Shown one piece after another: positions 43,816 through 54,219 of a DNA stretch of 64,000 bases. Source of the stretch: an uncultured Verrucomicrobiaceae bacterium (lineage in GTDB: Bacteria; Pseudomonadota; Gammaproteobacteria; Pseudomonadales; CAMLJR01); NCBI GenBank assembly GCA_964631955.1, contig CAZWBA010000002.1:12508-76507 (forward strand), written 5' to 3'. Position 1 is the first letter of the stretch. Every line of letters begins with the position of its first letter. The notes below the pieces were generated by a model that was not told the origin of the DNA, searched no databases, and saw only the letters and a list, made by a program, of their open reading frames with translations. The position numbers were made by a program, and so were the translations under genes.

Positions 43816-43994
43816 AACTTGTTTTATAACAAACCGGCCACTATGATGAATTGCATCTCCACCCCATCGAACATCTGATATGAATTCTTCTGCAATCAAA
43901 AACGCGGCTGCCATTAAAGCCCTACGCGTACCGAGCCTGTGGCGAAAACCCACACGCACGGTCTTTTGCATGTAGAAAAATTATTCTCAATCGC

Positions 43995-44024
43995 AAAAAG
44001 GCCGCCTGATGACGGCCTTTTTTA
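43995..44024 (+). terminator. Rho-independent terminator
   Basis: An A-run, GGCCG (44000-44004), an 8-nt loop, CGGCC (44013-44017), then a T-run. Confidence 0.5.
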
Positions 44025-44083
44025 TTTCCCTTAAAAAAATCACTAAAGCCGTCGTTGAGCGCCACCAACCAGGAGCACACACC

Positions 44084-45037
44084 ATGACGGCCACGAATGA
44101 AGCAGAACATTTTTTTCAACGAAGGCGACTCTCTACGTTGCTGAACATTAATTCGGGCTCGCTGCTCGTTATCATTGCGGCATTATTATTTGCCTGTAAA
44201 GGCACACTGATTAAATATATTTACGGCCTCGGTGCCAGCGTCGCCGATGTCATGATTCTGCGTTTATTATTTTCATTGCCGATTTATTTGTGGGTCGCAC
44301 TGCGTCATCTGCCTAAATCTCGTCACCAGATGAGCGCGAGGCAATGGGCGGGTGTTGGGTTGTGCGGCGTGCTGGGTTATTACGTATCGAGCTACCTCGA
44401 CATGCTCGGACTCCAGCACGTCAGCGTCGGACTTGAGCGCGTGATCCTGTACACCTATCCCGCGTTCGTTGTCGTATTTTCGATAATGCTGTTACGCAAA
44501 CCGATTTCGCGCACGCTCTGCGTGTACATCGCTTTAATTTATTGCGGCCTGTTGCTGGTGTTTTATGCCGACTTGCAGGGGAGGCCATCGGCGTCGATCA
44601 GCGATATCACGAAGGGTTCGTTGTTCGTCCTTGGTGCAGCAATGATATTTGCTATGTATGTCATCGGCAGTGAGCACTACATGCGCACAATTTCGAGCGC
44701 GTTATTTACTGCGCTGATGATGATCGCAGCCGGCATGGCGATGACAACGCATTACGCGTTATTCGAATCGTTCACCCGCCTTGCACAATTACCACTCAAT
44801 ATTTATTTGTGGTGTGCATTCACTGCGCTGGTTTTCACCGTGTTGCCGGCATTCATGATGTCAGCCGGTGTACGCAAAGTAGGGTCGGCAACAGCCGGCG
44901 CTCTCGGCATGATCGGCCCCGTCGCAACGATGGGTATTGCTGCGGCGTTTCTCGGTGAATCACTCAGTGCGATACAGGTTATTGGTCTCGCCATTGTGAT
45001 GACAGGGGTTTATCGCGTGCACAGCAAGCGAGCGTGA
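44084..45037 (+). CDS. DMT-superfamily (EamA-like) transporter
   Basis: About 10 TM segments arranged as two EamA-like halves. I prefer the ATG at 44084, because the track start at 44009 overlaps the terminator. Confidence 0.75.
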   Translation: MTATNEAEHFFQRRRLSTLLNINSGSLLVIIAALLFACKGTLIKYIYGLGASVADVMILRLLFSLPIYLWVALRHLPKSRHQMSARQWAGVGLCGVLGYYVSSYLDMLGLQHVSVGLERVILYTYPAFVVVFSIMLLRKPISRTLCVYIALIYCGLLLVFYADLQGRPSASISDITKGSLFVLGAAMIFAMYVIGSEHYMRTISSALFTALMMIAAGMAMTTHYALFESFTRLAQLPLNIYLWCAFTALVFTVLPAFMMSAGVRKVGSATAGALGMIGPVATMGIAAAFLGESLSAIQVIGLAIVMTGVYRVHSKRA

Positions 45038-45044
45038 AAATTAA

Positions 45045-45072
45045 AGGCAGTCGCTGAGACTGCCTGGTTTTT
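45045..45072. terminator. Hairpin terminator between convergent genes
   Basis: AGGCAGTC (45045-45052) pairs with GACTGCCT (45058-45065), followed by GGTTTTT. Confidence 0.5.
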
Positions 45073-45096
45073 GCAAAGCAAGTCGCCAACACGTAA

Positions 45097-45474
45097 CTAC
45101 GCAGGAATGTGACACACGGCCTCAATATTGTGACCGTCGGGATCCAGTACAAATGCGGCGTAATAATTCGGATGGTAATGAGGACGCACACCAGGCCCAC
45201 CATTGTCACGACCGCCCGCCGCCACTGCCGCTTTATGGAATTTATCCACCAAAGCACGCGAAGAAACACGAAACGCGATATGCACGGGTGGATCGTTCGG
45301 AGTGCCTTGGGTTATGCAGAAATCCGGCTGTTCCGACTCTCCATAACCAGCCACATCCACACCGTCTTCCGAAAGCTCCATGAGAATTGAGCAACCAATA
45401 GGCCTTAGAGCCTCATTGTAAAAACTTTTACTTTGTTGAAAGTTACTTACAACTACACCTGTATGATCGATCAT
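45097..45474 (-). CDS. VOC-family (glyoxalase/bleomycin-resistance fold) protein
   Basis: 125 aa, with MIDHTGVVVSNFQQSKSFY...HIAF...DPDGHNIEAV. Confidence 0.8.
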   Translation of the reverse strand: MIDHTGVVVSNFQQSKSFYNEALRPIGCSILMELSEDGVDVAGYGESEQPDFCITQGTPNDPPVHIAFRVSSRALVDKFHKAAVAAGGRDNGGPGVRPHYHPNYYAAFVLDPDGHNIEAVCHIPA

Positions 45475-45537
45475 GATCGTTTCCTCCCTTGTGACGTTTG
45501 CGGTTAAATCAACTCACATGAATGAATACTCCAGAGT

Positions 45538-45565
45538 AAAAACCGCCTCTCGGCGGTTTTTTTTC
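45538..45565 (-). terminator. Terminator after the yceI operon
   Basis: ACCGCC (45542-45547), loop TCTC, GGCGGT (45552-45557), with A-runs and T-runs on both sides. Confidence 0.55.
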
Positions 45566-45576
45566 GACGACGGTGA

Positions 45577-46152
45577 TCAGTCGGCCTTGAGACCTTCGAC
45601 CTGTATCTGCAGCTTCACCCCCATATCGAAGCCCATCTGCTGACCGTAATTCACACCGAAATCCGCGCGGTTGAATTCCGCCGACGCATCGGCGCCGCAC
45701 ATCTCTTTTTTCTTCATTGGATGCGTGATGCACTTGAAGCGGTTAATTTTCAGCGTCAGCGGCTTGGTTACGCCATGCAGGGTAAATTCACCCTGTGCCT
45801 CGGTTGGCACATCGCCATTGAATGCAGTGAATTTGCCTTTGTAGGTTGCCGTTGGATATTTTGCCACATCGAAAATATCTTCGCCTTTCGCGTGTGCATC
45901 CATTTTTTCATGACCGAAATTCACCGAATCGGTTTGAATGGTGACATCGATAGTGCCGGTTTTTGCTGCGCGATCGAGCACGACCTTGCCCGAGCTCTTG
46001 TTGAATTTTCCGCGCCAGACCGACAACCCGCCAAAATGATCGGCTTCGAAGCTGGGATACGTATGGCTTGGGTCGAGCTCATACGTCGCCGGCGCAGCAT
46101 TGGCTCCGACAACAGCTGCGGCAAGTACCGTTCCCAATAATAATTTTTTCAT
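45577..46152 (-). CDS. YceI-family periplasmic protein
   Basis: Signal peptide ([19 protein letters not shown]) and a YceI lipocalin-like pattern ([20 protein letters not shown]). GGAGAA Shine-Dalgarno sequence before the ATG at 46152. Confidence 0.85.
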   Translation of the reverse strand: MKKLLLGTVLAAAVVGANAAPATYELDPSHTYPSFEADHFGGLSVWRGKFNKSSGKVVLDRAAKTGTIDVTIQTDSVNFGHEKMDAHAKGEDIFDVAKYPTATYKGKFTAFNGDVPTEAQGEFTLHGVTKPLTLKINRFKCITHPMKKKEMCGADASAEFNRADFGVNYGQQMGFDMGVKLQIQVEGLKAD

Positions 46153-46281
46153 ATCGATTTTCTCCAAGTGAATGTTTCCGGATTTGACTGGCCTTCGGTA
46201 AAAAACAGTCGGTAAAAAACTTTCTGTGAATAAACTATCGGTAAAAATGAATCATCGCTGAAACAGAGTTTTTCGACGCAA

Positions 46282-46839
46282 TTAATTCGCAGTGACGGCC
46301 TTGAATTTAATAACGACTTCATCGGCGAGAATATCGGTATCTTTCCATTCGCCTTCACCGATATTGAATGACGAACGCTTTATCGGTACCTGTCCCTCGA
46401 AAATCTGCGACTTGCCTTCCTGTCTGAACGCAACGGGCACCGAGACATCCACGGATTTGCCTTTAATGGCCAGCCTGCCCTGCACGGTCAACTTGCCGCT
46501 GCCCGCGGATCTGATGCCGGTGCTGACAAACGTTGCCTGCGGAAATTGCGCGCTGTTGAACCAGGTTTTCTTTTGCACCTCCTTGTTGTATTCGGGCTCG
46601 CCGAGATCGAAACTCGCCAGCGCCACCGCGACCTGCGCCTTGCCGCTTTCGGGACTGGCGGGATCGAGATCGATGGTGCCGCTGATATTGCGGAAATTCG
46701 CGGGAACCTCGACGCCTTCCTGCTTGAACGTCACCGTCACCGAACTCTTACCCGAATCGATCGGCGCTGCGAATACCTGCGTAACGCCCACCACTCCATT
46801 GACAACACACAAGGCGATTAAATAGTTAACGATCTTCAT
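46282..46839 (-). CDS. YceI-family periplasmic protein (second copy)
   Basis: Signal peptide plus a YceI-like pattern. It lies downstream of the cytochrome b561 gene. Confidence 0.8.
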   Translation of the reverse strand: MKIVNYLIALCVVNGVVGVTQVFAAPIDSGKSSVTVTFKQEGVEVPANFRNISGTIDLDPASPESGKAQVAVALASFDLGEPEYNKEVQKKTWFNSAQFPQATFVSTGIRSAGSGKLTVQGRLAIKGKSVDVSVPVAFRQEGKSQIFEGQVPIKRSSFNIGEGEWKDTDILADEVVIKFKAVTAN

Positions 46840-46871
46840 ACAGTCACTCCCTCTCTACGTTGTGAATAGAC

Positions 46872-47408
46872 TTACCACGGCAACATTCGTTTCAAAATAT
46901 TCACGCGATCGATCAGCTGGTGTTTGATGACGGCGAGCACATGCACCGATACCAGCGCCGCAAGTCCCATATTCAGAAAGTAATGCGCGGCTTTCAAAAG
47001 CGGTTTCAACTCGGGATTCGGACCCATCAGCACCGGCAGCGGAAACACACCGAGATAAACCACTTTGTATCCCGACGACAAACTATAAAAATAACCGGAC
47101 AGTGGTACCGCAAACATCAGCACATATAAACCGAAGTGTCCGAGCTCCGCGCCGATGCGCTCCCATTTCGGCATCGTCGCCGGCAGCGGCGGCGCCTTAT
47201 GCGTCAGCCGCCACAGCACGCGCGCCGTCGCGAATCCGAGCACCGTCACACCCATCCATTTATGCCAGTTGAAATACTTCAGTTTTGTCGGCGTGATTCC
47301 GGGCATATCCACCATCGTCAGGCCGAGAAAAAATGTCGCGATAATCAACAGTGCAAGGAACCAGTGCAGAGCGATTGCGGTGTAGGTGTAACGGGTGGGC
47401 GCGGTCAT
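46872..47408 (-). CDS. Cytochrome b561 family protein
   Basis: YTAIALHWFLALLII...WHKWMG...H...H, with four TM segments carrying conserved His residues. Confidence 0.85.
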   Translation of the reverse strand: MTAPTRYTYTAIALHWFLALLIIATFFLGLTMVDMPGITPTKLKYFNWHKWMGVTVLGFATARVLWRLTHKAPPLPATMPKWERIGAELGHFGLYVLMFAVPLSGYFYSLSSGYKVVYLGVFPLPVLMGPNPELKPLLKAAHYFLNMGLAALVSVHVLAVIKHQLIDRVNILKRMLPW

Positions 47409-47436
47409 GGATATCTCCTTTTTATTTTTCGGATGA

Positions 47437-48048
47437 TTACAGTATTTCCACCGCCTGCTCGAATGTCAGCCGCGGCCCGCGCGGATAAGTCGAATTTTCG
47501 CCGGCGTAACCGATATTGATCAGGAAATTGGATCGATAGCCGCTCTGCACAAAAAATTCGGCATCGACCTTCGCATTATCGAAACCCGACATCGGTCCGC
47601 AATCGAGCCCCAGTGCGCGCGCTGCGAGAATCAGATACGCGCCCTGCATCGAGCTGTTGCGAAACGCCGTTTCCGCCGCCCATTCCGGTTTATCGCGATA
47701 CATCTCGCGCGCGTTTGCATTCGCCGGAAACAGCACGGGAAGCTGCTCGTAAAATTCGGGATCGCTGGCGACGATCACGGTGAGCGGCGCCGTCATCATT
47801 TTTTCCACATTACCCGCTGCCAGTGCCGGGCGCAAACGCTCTCTGGCTGCCTCGCTCGTTACGAACACGAAACGCGCGGGACTGGTATTCATACTCGTCG
47901 GCGCCCATTTCACGGTGTCGTATAAACGCTGCAATGTTTTCGTATCGATCGTGCGATCCTGCCATTTCGTGTGCGTACGCGCGCCGGTGAACAGTTGCGC
48001 GAGCGCGTTGTCGTCGAGCGGTTGTTTCAACAATGTCTGTGCGTTCAT
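47437..48048 (-). CDS. Nitroreductase-family protein (malonic semialdehyde reductase RutE-like)
   Basis: LFTGARTHTKWQDRTIDTKTLQRLYDTVKWAPTSMNTSPARFVFV. I prefer the ATG at 48048. Confidence 0.75.
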   Translation of the reverse strand: MNAQTLLKQPLDDNALAQLFTGARTHTKWQDRTIDTKTLQRLYDTVKWAPTSMNTSPARFVFVTSEAARERLRPALAAGNVEKMMTAPLTVIVASDPEFYEQLPVLFPANANAREMYRDKPEWAAETAFRNSSMQGAYLILAARALGLDCGPMSGFDNAKVDAEFFVQSGYRSNFLINIGYAGENSTYPRGPRLTFEQAVEIL

Positions 48049-48171
48049 TTTTGTCTCCAGTATCCACTGTGTGCCGTAGGGGCGAACCTGTGTGTTCGCC
48101 CTGGACGCGGCGCGTTGAACAATCAGGGCGGACACGCAGGTCCGCCCCCACGATGATTAATGCCCGGGTGA

Positions 48172-48867
48172 TTAATGCCGCAATGCGGGCAGATCGAACC
48201 ACAATACTTCGCTGTCGCTCGCCAGTTGCAATGGTGGATTGGCTTCTTCGACCACTGCAATCGCATCGCCGATATTCAGCTTCATTTCGCCGATCGCTGC
48301 GCTGCCATGCACCACCTGCAGAAAGCCGATGCGATCGCTCGCAAGCGGTAATTCATGTTTACCTTCGCCGCGCACACGAGCCACACGTGCATCCTGATGA
48401 AGGTGAATCGTACCCGGCGTGCGATCGCCGCTGGCAATCCAGGTGAGGCCGTCGCGCTGCTCGATGGTTTTCTGCTCGTACGAGGGCGGCAGCCCCATTT
48501 GCGCAGGCCTGATCCAGATTTGCAGCAGTCGCAGATCCTTATCCGCCGAGGCATTGAATTCGCTGTGCGCGATACCGCGACCCGCCGTCATACGTTGCAC
48601 TTCACCGACGCGAATTTCTTCGGTGTGACCGATGCTGTCGCGATGCGCGATGGTGCCGTCGATCATGTACGTGAGAATTTCCATATCGCGATGCGGATGC
48701 GTACCGAAACCGCCGCCGCCGCGAATCACATCGTCGTTGATCACGCGCAGCACCGACACGCCCATGCGCTCGGCATCGAAAAAATCGCCGAAGGAAAACG
48801 TGTGATAGCTTTCGAGCCAGTCGATGCGGGTATAACCGCGACGCTCTTTCGGATATGGAATCAGCAT
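48172..48867 (-). CDS. Pirin-family protein
   Basis: FGTHPHRDMEILTYMIDGTIAHRDS cupin motif. I prefer the ATG at 48867. Confidence 0.85.
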   Translation of the reverse strand: MLIPYPKERRGYTRIDWLESYHTFSFGDFFDAERMGVSVLRVINDDVIRGGGGFGTHPHRDMEILTYMIDGTIAHRDSIGHTEEIRVGEVQRMTAGRGIAHSEFNASADKDLRLLQIWIRPAQMGLPPSYEQKTIEQRDGLTWIASGDRTPGTIHLHQDARVARVRGEGKHELPLASDRIGFLQVVHGSAAIGEMKLNIGDAIAVVEEANPPLQLASDSEVLWFDLPALRH

Positions 48868-49012
48868 GATCGATCTCCCTGCATCCGGCGCTGCCCGCAT
48901 CGATGTGCGACCCGCGCCGGCATGAACGAAATGTATGAGGAAAATGTAGGCCTTTCCCGAGCCGGGAAAAAGCGATAAGTTTTGATCTTCCCGTTCAAAA
49001 TTTTCGATCAAG

Positions 49013-49924
49013 ATGAATCAGCAAGCGCTCACCCTCGACGCCCTGCGCGTTATCGAAACGATCGCGCGCCGCGGCAGCTTTGCCGCAGCCGCAGCCGAGT
49101 TACATCGCGTGACATCGGCGGTGTCGTACACGGTGCAGAAACTCGAAGAGGATCTGGATATCGCGATCTTCGATCGCTCGGGTCATCGCGCGAAGCTGAC
49201 CGCAGCGGGAAAAATGCTGGTCGAGCGCGGACGCGATCTGCTCGCGGCGTCGAGTCAGCTGGTGGAGGATGCGCGCACGATCGCCGGAGGCTGGGAGCCG
49301 CAGCTCGCGATCGCGATCGATCAGGTCTATCCCGAGCAATTGCTGCTGCCGCTCATCGCGCGCTTTTACGATATGCAGGACGCGCAGAATGCAAACACCA
49401 ATGTGCGCGTTCTCGCCGAAGTGCTGGCCGGGCCGTGGGATGCGCTCGAATCGGGGCGCGCCGATATCGCCATCGGCTCGGCGCAGATCGCGCTGCCGAA
49501 ACTATTTCGCCGCAGGAAGATTGGCAGTGTCGGTTTTATCTATGTCGCAGCGCCCGCGCACCCCGTGTTCGCAGCCGACGCGGCGACACTTGATCCGGAA
49601 AATTATCGCGGCATCGCGATTGCCGATACGGCGCGTCAGCGTCCGGCGCACAGCGTACGCCTGGGCTTGCGGCAGCCGACGCTGACCGTGAGCAGTTTCG
49701 CGGCAAAGATTGCCGCGCTCGAAGCCGGTCTCGGCGTCGGCACCGTCCCGGCCGTCCTGGCGCGCGATGCGCTGGCACGCGGCACGCTGAAGCAGATTCC
49801 GGTCGAGCACGACGCCGATCGCGCGGAACTGTACCTGGCGTGGCGCATCGATCCGAACGGACGCGCGAAACAGTGGTTCCTGCAACAGTTGCCGAAATTA
49901 TTCGCCGCGCTCGGCGATTGCTGA
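49013..49924 (+). CDS. LysR-family transcriptional regulator
   Basis: N-terminal HTH (LRVIETIARRGSFAAAAAELHRVTSAVSYTVQKLEEDL). It is divergent from the pirin gene. Confidence 0.9.
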   Translation: MNQQALTLDALRVIETIARRGSFAAAAAELHRVTSAVSYTVQKLEEDLDIAIFDRSGHRAKLTAAGKMLVERGRDLLAASSQLVEDARTIAGGWEPQLAIAIDQVYPEQLLLPLIARFYDMQDAQNANTNVRVLAEVLAGPWDALESGRADIAIGSAQIALPKLFRRRKIGSVGFIYVAAPAHPVFAADAATLDPENYRGIAIADTARQRPAHSVRLGLRQPTLTVSSFAAKIAALEAGLGVGTVPAVLARDALARGTLKQIPVEHDADRAELYLAWRIDPNGRAKQWFLQQLPKLFAALGDC

Positions 49925-49986
49925 GAGGCTTTTGATATTGAATCGTGCCGCCCGAATCCTGCCGGGCGTTAACGACAGACGGCAGC

Positions 49987-51675
49987 TCAATGATGTGGGC
50001 GATAGCTATCGCGCAATACGGCGAGTTCTGCGAGCGCTTCCGGCGTGCGTGCCTCCGCTTCGATTTCCGCGGCGAGATCGTCGAACGCGCCGGGCTGGTC
50101 GGACTGCATGAGCACGTCGAGCAGCTGCAACTTGAGATCGATGCGCGCCGGATCGCGAACCAGCGCCTCGCGCAGCAGTCCTTCTGCCTCTCCGTAACGA
50201 CCGAACGCCACGAATACACCGGCGCTGATGCTGGCATCGACGGGATCGTCGCTGCCGCCCACCAGCTGCGGCGCAGGCTCGCGCGCAAGCGATGAATGAT
50301 CGGGCGCCCCGGACGTTTCAAGAGATAAAGGCAGCTCGTCGATCTCCAGCTCGATGGCATCGCGCACGCTGGTGATGCCGGCGGACACCGGCGCGACGGG
50401 CGCGCGCAGGGCGGTCGCCGTCTGCCCTCTGTCATCGTCGAAAGCCGGCGCATCGCCCGCGGGAATCGCGCTCAACCGGCGCTGCGGCCAGAAATGTTCG
50501 CGCACCGCCCAGGTCACGGCGCCACCGATCCCGAGCCAGTACAGCAGATGCACCCACCACGGCGTATGCGCCCTGCCCTGACCCTGAAAGTCCGCGGCAT
50601 TGACCTGACTGATGACCGATCCCGTGCCCGGCGCCAGCTCCGCAGCGGGAGACTGCGTCGCGCCGCGTAACGCCGCCACGGTGGTGCGCTGCTGCTGCAT
50701 TTGCAGGATCAGCTCGTTCAGTTGCGATTCGAGCTGCTGCAGCCGTTTTTCCGACTGCGCAAGGTTCTCGTTGAGCGCGGCGACATTCCCGGTCAGATCG
50801 CTGACCCGGGCTTTCAGTGCGGTGTTTTCCTCAACCAGCGCCGGAGCCGGTGCGTCGCTCGCTGTCTCGCTCACGGGTACGGAGGCGGCAGCGGCCAGCT
50901 GCGCCGCCGGCTCCGCGACCGGCAGGTCGGTTGCGGCCGCCGCGATCTGCGCAGCCTCGGGCAACACGATCGTCACCCCTTCCTTCAGCAGGTTCGGATT
51001 GCCGTTGATGAATGCCGCGGAATTGCCGGCCAGAATGGCTGCCATGACCTGCTCGACGGGCGCCTGCGCCTGCATGCGGCTGGCGATGCGCCACAGGCTG
51101 TCGCCGCGGCGGATGGTGTACTGCCCGTCGCGAATGGCGTTTTCGCTAGCCGACACCGGCGCCGGACGGCGCGCCGAAGCCGGCTTTTCCGCTGCCGACG
51201 CTGCCACGGAGGATTCGCCGCGGGTCGCAGCGGGCGGCGGAGAGACGGGCGCCGTCGCCGCGACCGCCTGCGTCGGCGGATCGAGCAGCACGGTGAATTC
51301 GCGCACGAGCTGACCCTGCGGCCAGCGCAGATTCAGGACGAAATTGAGATAGGGCTCGGCGATGGACTCGCGCGTCGAAACACGCACATAAGCCTGGCCA
51401 TTCCTGACGACGGGCTCGATTTTGAGCTGGCTGTGCAGGTAGCTGTAATCGACGCCCATCGCGCCATAATCGTCGGGCGACGCCAGCTGCACCTTGAGCT
51501 GATCGATGCTCAGTTCGCCGAGATGGTTGAGCGGAATTTCGGCCTGCAGGGGAGCGCCGAGAAAGGACTGCAGATGGATCTCGCCGACACCGATCGCGGC
51601 TGCTTCCGTGCTCAAACCCGACAGCAGCGAAGCAGCGATGCAAAGTGATAGCAGTTTGCGACGATGACCTGGCAT
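49987..51675 (-). CDS. FimV/HubP-like protein (FimV N-terminal domain, LysM, TM, C-terminal TPR-like motif)
   Basis: It has a signal peptide, GEIHLQSFLGAPLQAEIPL, and a LysM domain (YTIRRGDSLWRIA). It also has a coiled coil, a TM segment (WWVHLLYWLGIGGAVTWAV), and a C-terminal FGRYGEAEGLLREAL. I prefer the ATG at 51675. Confidence 0.75.
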   Translation of the reverse strand: MPGHRRKLLSLCIAASLLSGLSTEAAAIGVGEIHLQSFLGAPLQAEIPLNHLGELSIDQLKVQLASPDDYGAMGVDYSYLHSQLKIEPVVRNGQAYVRVSTRESIAEPYLNFVLNLRWPQGQLVREFTVLLDPPTQAVAATAPVSPPPAATRGESSVAASAAEKPASARRPAPVSASENAIRDGQYTIRRGDSLWRIASRMQAQAPVEQVMAAILAGNSAAFINGNPNLLKEGVTIVLPEAAQIAAAATDLPVAEPAAQLAAAASVPVSETASDAPAPALVEENTALKARVSDLTGNVAALNENLAQSEKRLQQLESQLNELILQMQQQRTTVAALRGATQSPAAELAPGTGSVISQVNAADFQGQGRAHTPWWVHLLYWLGIGGAVTWAVREHFWPQRRLSAIPAGDAPAFDDDRGQTATALRAPVAPVSAGITSVRDAIELEIDELPLSLETSGAPDHSSLAREPAPQLVGGSDDPVDASISAGVFVAFGRYGEAEGLLREALVRDPARIDLKLQLLDVLMQSDQPGAFDDLAAEIEAEARTPEALAELAVLRDSYRPHH

Positions 51676-51918
51676 ACACGATATCCTCGGAAATCGCTCC
51701 GCGCGGCGAAGCGAAAGTTTGATCTGGTTCACATAATGATGGCTAGTATAAGTGCTATTGCCAATTTCGCCTTCTGCCGGCCGCTTTATTGAAAGAGATA
51801 GTCTTATTGAAAGGAATAGCGAGCGCTTATTGGAAGGCGAACGTGCATTGAATGGAATGGTGCGCGCGAGGGATTCCATCGGCGGAAAATCGTCAGTACC
51901 GGATCCGGCATGGCGCCG

Positions 51919-53304
51919 CTAGTCGCAGTCGACCACCGCCAGGCTGATGCAATCCCGGCCGGCCCGTTTGCTCTCGTACAGCGCCTTATCCGCCGCCCGC
52001 AGCAGCGCGAAGGAATCGTCGCCATGATCCGGATACAACGCCACGCCGGCGGAAATGGTGACGGTTTCGTTGGGCGCGCCGGTGACGCGGAGCGTCTTGA
52101 CCGTGGCGCGAAGCCGCTCGGCCCGCTCCCGCGCCAGCTCGACACCGGCGCCCGCCATCAGAATGACGAATTCCTCCCCGCCCATGCGGCAGGCCATGTC
52201 GCTTTTGCGCACCTCGCTCTGCAGCACATGGGAAATCGCCACCAGCACCTCGTCGCCGACATCGTGTCCGAAGCGGTCGTTGAAGGACTTGAAGTGATCG
52301 ACATCGATGACGATGACCGCAAACGACTGCCCACCGCGCTCCCATAGCGCCATCAGATGCGACATCTGCTGGAACATGTAGCGCCGGTTGAACAGCCCGG
52401 TCAGAGGATCGCTGAGCGATTGTTCGCGCAGCTGCTCGCGCAGCATCAGGTTGTTGTAGGCCAGCGCGATGTGGTCGACCAGCGCGCGCAGCATCTGATC
52501 GAGGCGCTCGTCGATCAGGGTTTCACCGGTCCAGAAAGGGTATGGTTTCAACAGCACCAGCACACCGATGCTCTGACCGCGCGATTGCAGCGCTGCCATC
52601 AGCACATAATTCGAATTGCAGCGCACCGTCGGCAGCATCGCCTGCTCTTCCGGGGAATCGGGAAACAGACGCCCCAGCTGCAGCGCGAACAGCGCCTCGG
52701 AGGGCGGCATCCAGTCGGTATCGATACCGCACCCCCACGACGCGCCGAGCTGATGCAGCTGATCGCCGCGCCATTCGAGCAGGGCGCCGCCAACCGCCTG
52801 AAACAGATCGGCGCAGCTGCGCTCCACCACGGCCAGCAATTCGGCGTGGGTATCGCAGCAATGCAACTGATCGCTCAACAGATTGAGGCGGGTAATGTCT
52901 TCGTTTTGCCGTTCGAGTTCTTCGAGATAACGATTGAGATTTTCGTTGCTGGTGCGCAGCTCGTGCTGCATGTATTCGCGGATGACGACCTGCTGCGCCA
53001 GCTCGCTATTGCTGACCTCCAGTTCACGCGTGCGCTCTTCGATCCGCTGCTCCAGTTCGCGATTGAGCTGCTGATAGCGCGCCTCGCTCTCCAGCAATTG
53101 TCGATGCCGCTTGCGCACGAAAAACCACACCACTAACAGCACGACGGAATAAATCAGTCCCGCGATACCGAAAGCTACGGATTGCGATGCGTCGGTCCAT
53201 TGCTCAAACCATGCAAACACGATGGCTCGCCTCTCCCTTTTTTTGACTGCCTTCGATATTGCGCATGAGCAGCGAACACATCTCAAACGCAACCAATTAA
53301 CCAT
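51919..53304 (-). CDS. Diguanylate cyclase with TM, coiled coil and a GAF-like sensor
   Basis: GGDEF domain (RMGGEEFVILM) preceded by a GAF-like region. The start is uncertain. Confidence 0.8.
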   Translation of the reverse strand: MVNWLRLRCVRCSCAISKAVKKRERRAIVFAWFEQWTDASQSVAFGIAGLIYSVVLLVVWFFVRKRHRQLLESEARYQQLNRELEQRIEERTRELEVSNSELAQQVVIREYMQHELRTSNENLNRYLEELERQNEDITRLNLLSDQLHCCDTHAELLAVVERSCADLFQAVGGALLEWRGDQLHQLGASWGCGIDTDWMPPSEALFALQLGRLFPDSPEEQAMLPTVRCNSNYVLMAALQSRGQSIGVLVLLKPYPFWTGETLIDERLDQMLRALVDHIALAYNNLMLREQLREQSLSDPLTGLFNRRYMFQQMSHLMALWERGGQSFAVIVIDVDHFKSFNDRFGHDVGDEVLVAISHVLQSEVRKSDMACRMGGEEFVILMAGAGVELARERAERLRATVKTLRVTGAPNETVTISAGVALYPDHGDDSFALLRAADKALYESKRAGRDCISLAVVDCD

Positions 53305-53485
53305 GTTAGATCAAGCACCGCCTTTCACCCCGATTACAGGCAAAAATTACAGAGCTTTAACCAAACACGAGGGTTTAAAGCAAAGATATAGCCAAAGCGA
53401 GTAAAATCGCAGCGCAGCAAGTCCAAATGAATCAGGTATGCCGACTTGTGCACATTCTTCTGGATAACTGCAGCGAGGATTTACA

Positions 53486-54154
53486 ATGAAACGCCAAAAA
53501 ATTCCATCGATTGCCACTCAGCATTTTTTGAATTTTCTGCGCTACATCATCATCGCACTGACACTGACACATGCGGCCGGCAGTCATGCGGAAAATTCTA
53601 CTGTCGTCGTCAATCAGCTTATCGATCGTGTCGGCAGCGAACTCGATCAGCTGTACAAGGCCAAGCGCATCGGAGAGCGCGCCGCGATCGAACAGATGAT
53701 CCGCAGCGAAATACTTCCACATATCGATCAGCAATATCTCGCGCGTCGCGTCTATCGCCAGTTCTGGCAGCAACTCGCTCAGGCAGGCAGACAGCAGGAC
53801 GCCCAGCAGCGCGTGATCGATTCGATCGTCAAAACGTATGCGGTCGCACTGTCGAGTTATTCCGGCGACAAACTCAGCGTCATCAGCGTGAAGGAAGACG
53901 GCAATAAAAGCCACGCGCGCACGCGCATTCGCCGGCCGAATGGCGAGACCATTCAGGTCGATTTCATGATGAGCAACAACTCCGGCACGTGGCTTATCAA
54001 CAATATGGTGGTCGACGGTATCGATGCGAGTCTCACCATTCACAACGCCATCAAGCCGATCTGGGAACAACAGGGAATGGAAGCGGGTTTGAATGCCGTG
54101 CGCGAAAATGCCGACACGCCCGACCGGGATAAAAGCGGCGCCGGAAAAAAATAA
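53486..54154 (+). CDS. MlaC/Ttg2D-like periplasmic lipid-binding protein
   Basis: Signal peptide plus the pattern ILPHIDQQYLARRVYRQFW...WLINNMVVDGI, typical of the toluene-tolerance Ttg2D/MlaC family. No other mla genes are adjacent. Confidence 0.65.
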   Translation: MKRQKIPSIATQHFLNFLRYIIIALTLTHAAGSHAENSTVVVNQLIDRVGSELDQLYKAKRIGERAAIEQMIRSEILPHIDQQYLARRVYRQFWQQLAQAGRQQDAQQRVIDSIVKTYAVALSSYSGDKLSVISVKEDGNKSHARTRIRRPNGETIQVDFMMSNNSGTWLINNMVVDGIDASLTIHNAIKPIWEQQGMEAGLNAVRENADTPDRDKSGAGKK

Positions 54155-54219
54155 ACCCGATCGAGCCGCCATTCCCGCGCAGTGGAATGATTGAACACCG
54201 CTGATCGGAATCCCGTCGG

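Noticed and set aside
43880-43975. 31-codon ORF (MNSSAIKNAAAIKALRVPSLWRKPTRTVFCM) in the 180-nt stretch between the EAL gene and the terminator at 43995-44024.
   Set aside because: It has no Shine-Dalgarno sequence and no supporting features. The region is more simply a 3' UTR ending at the terminator.
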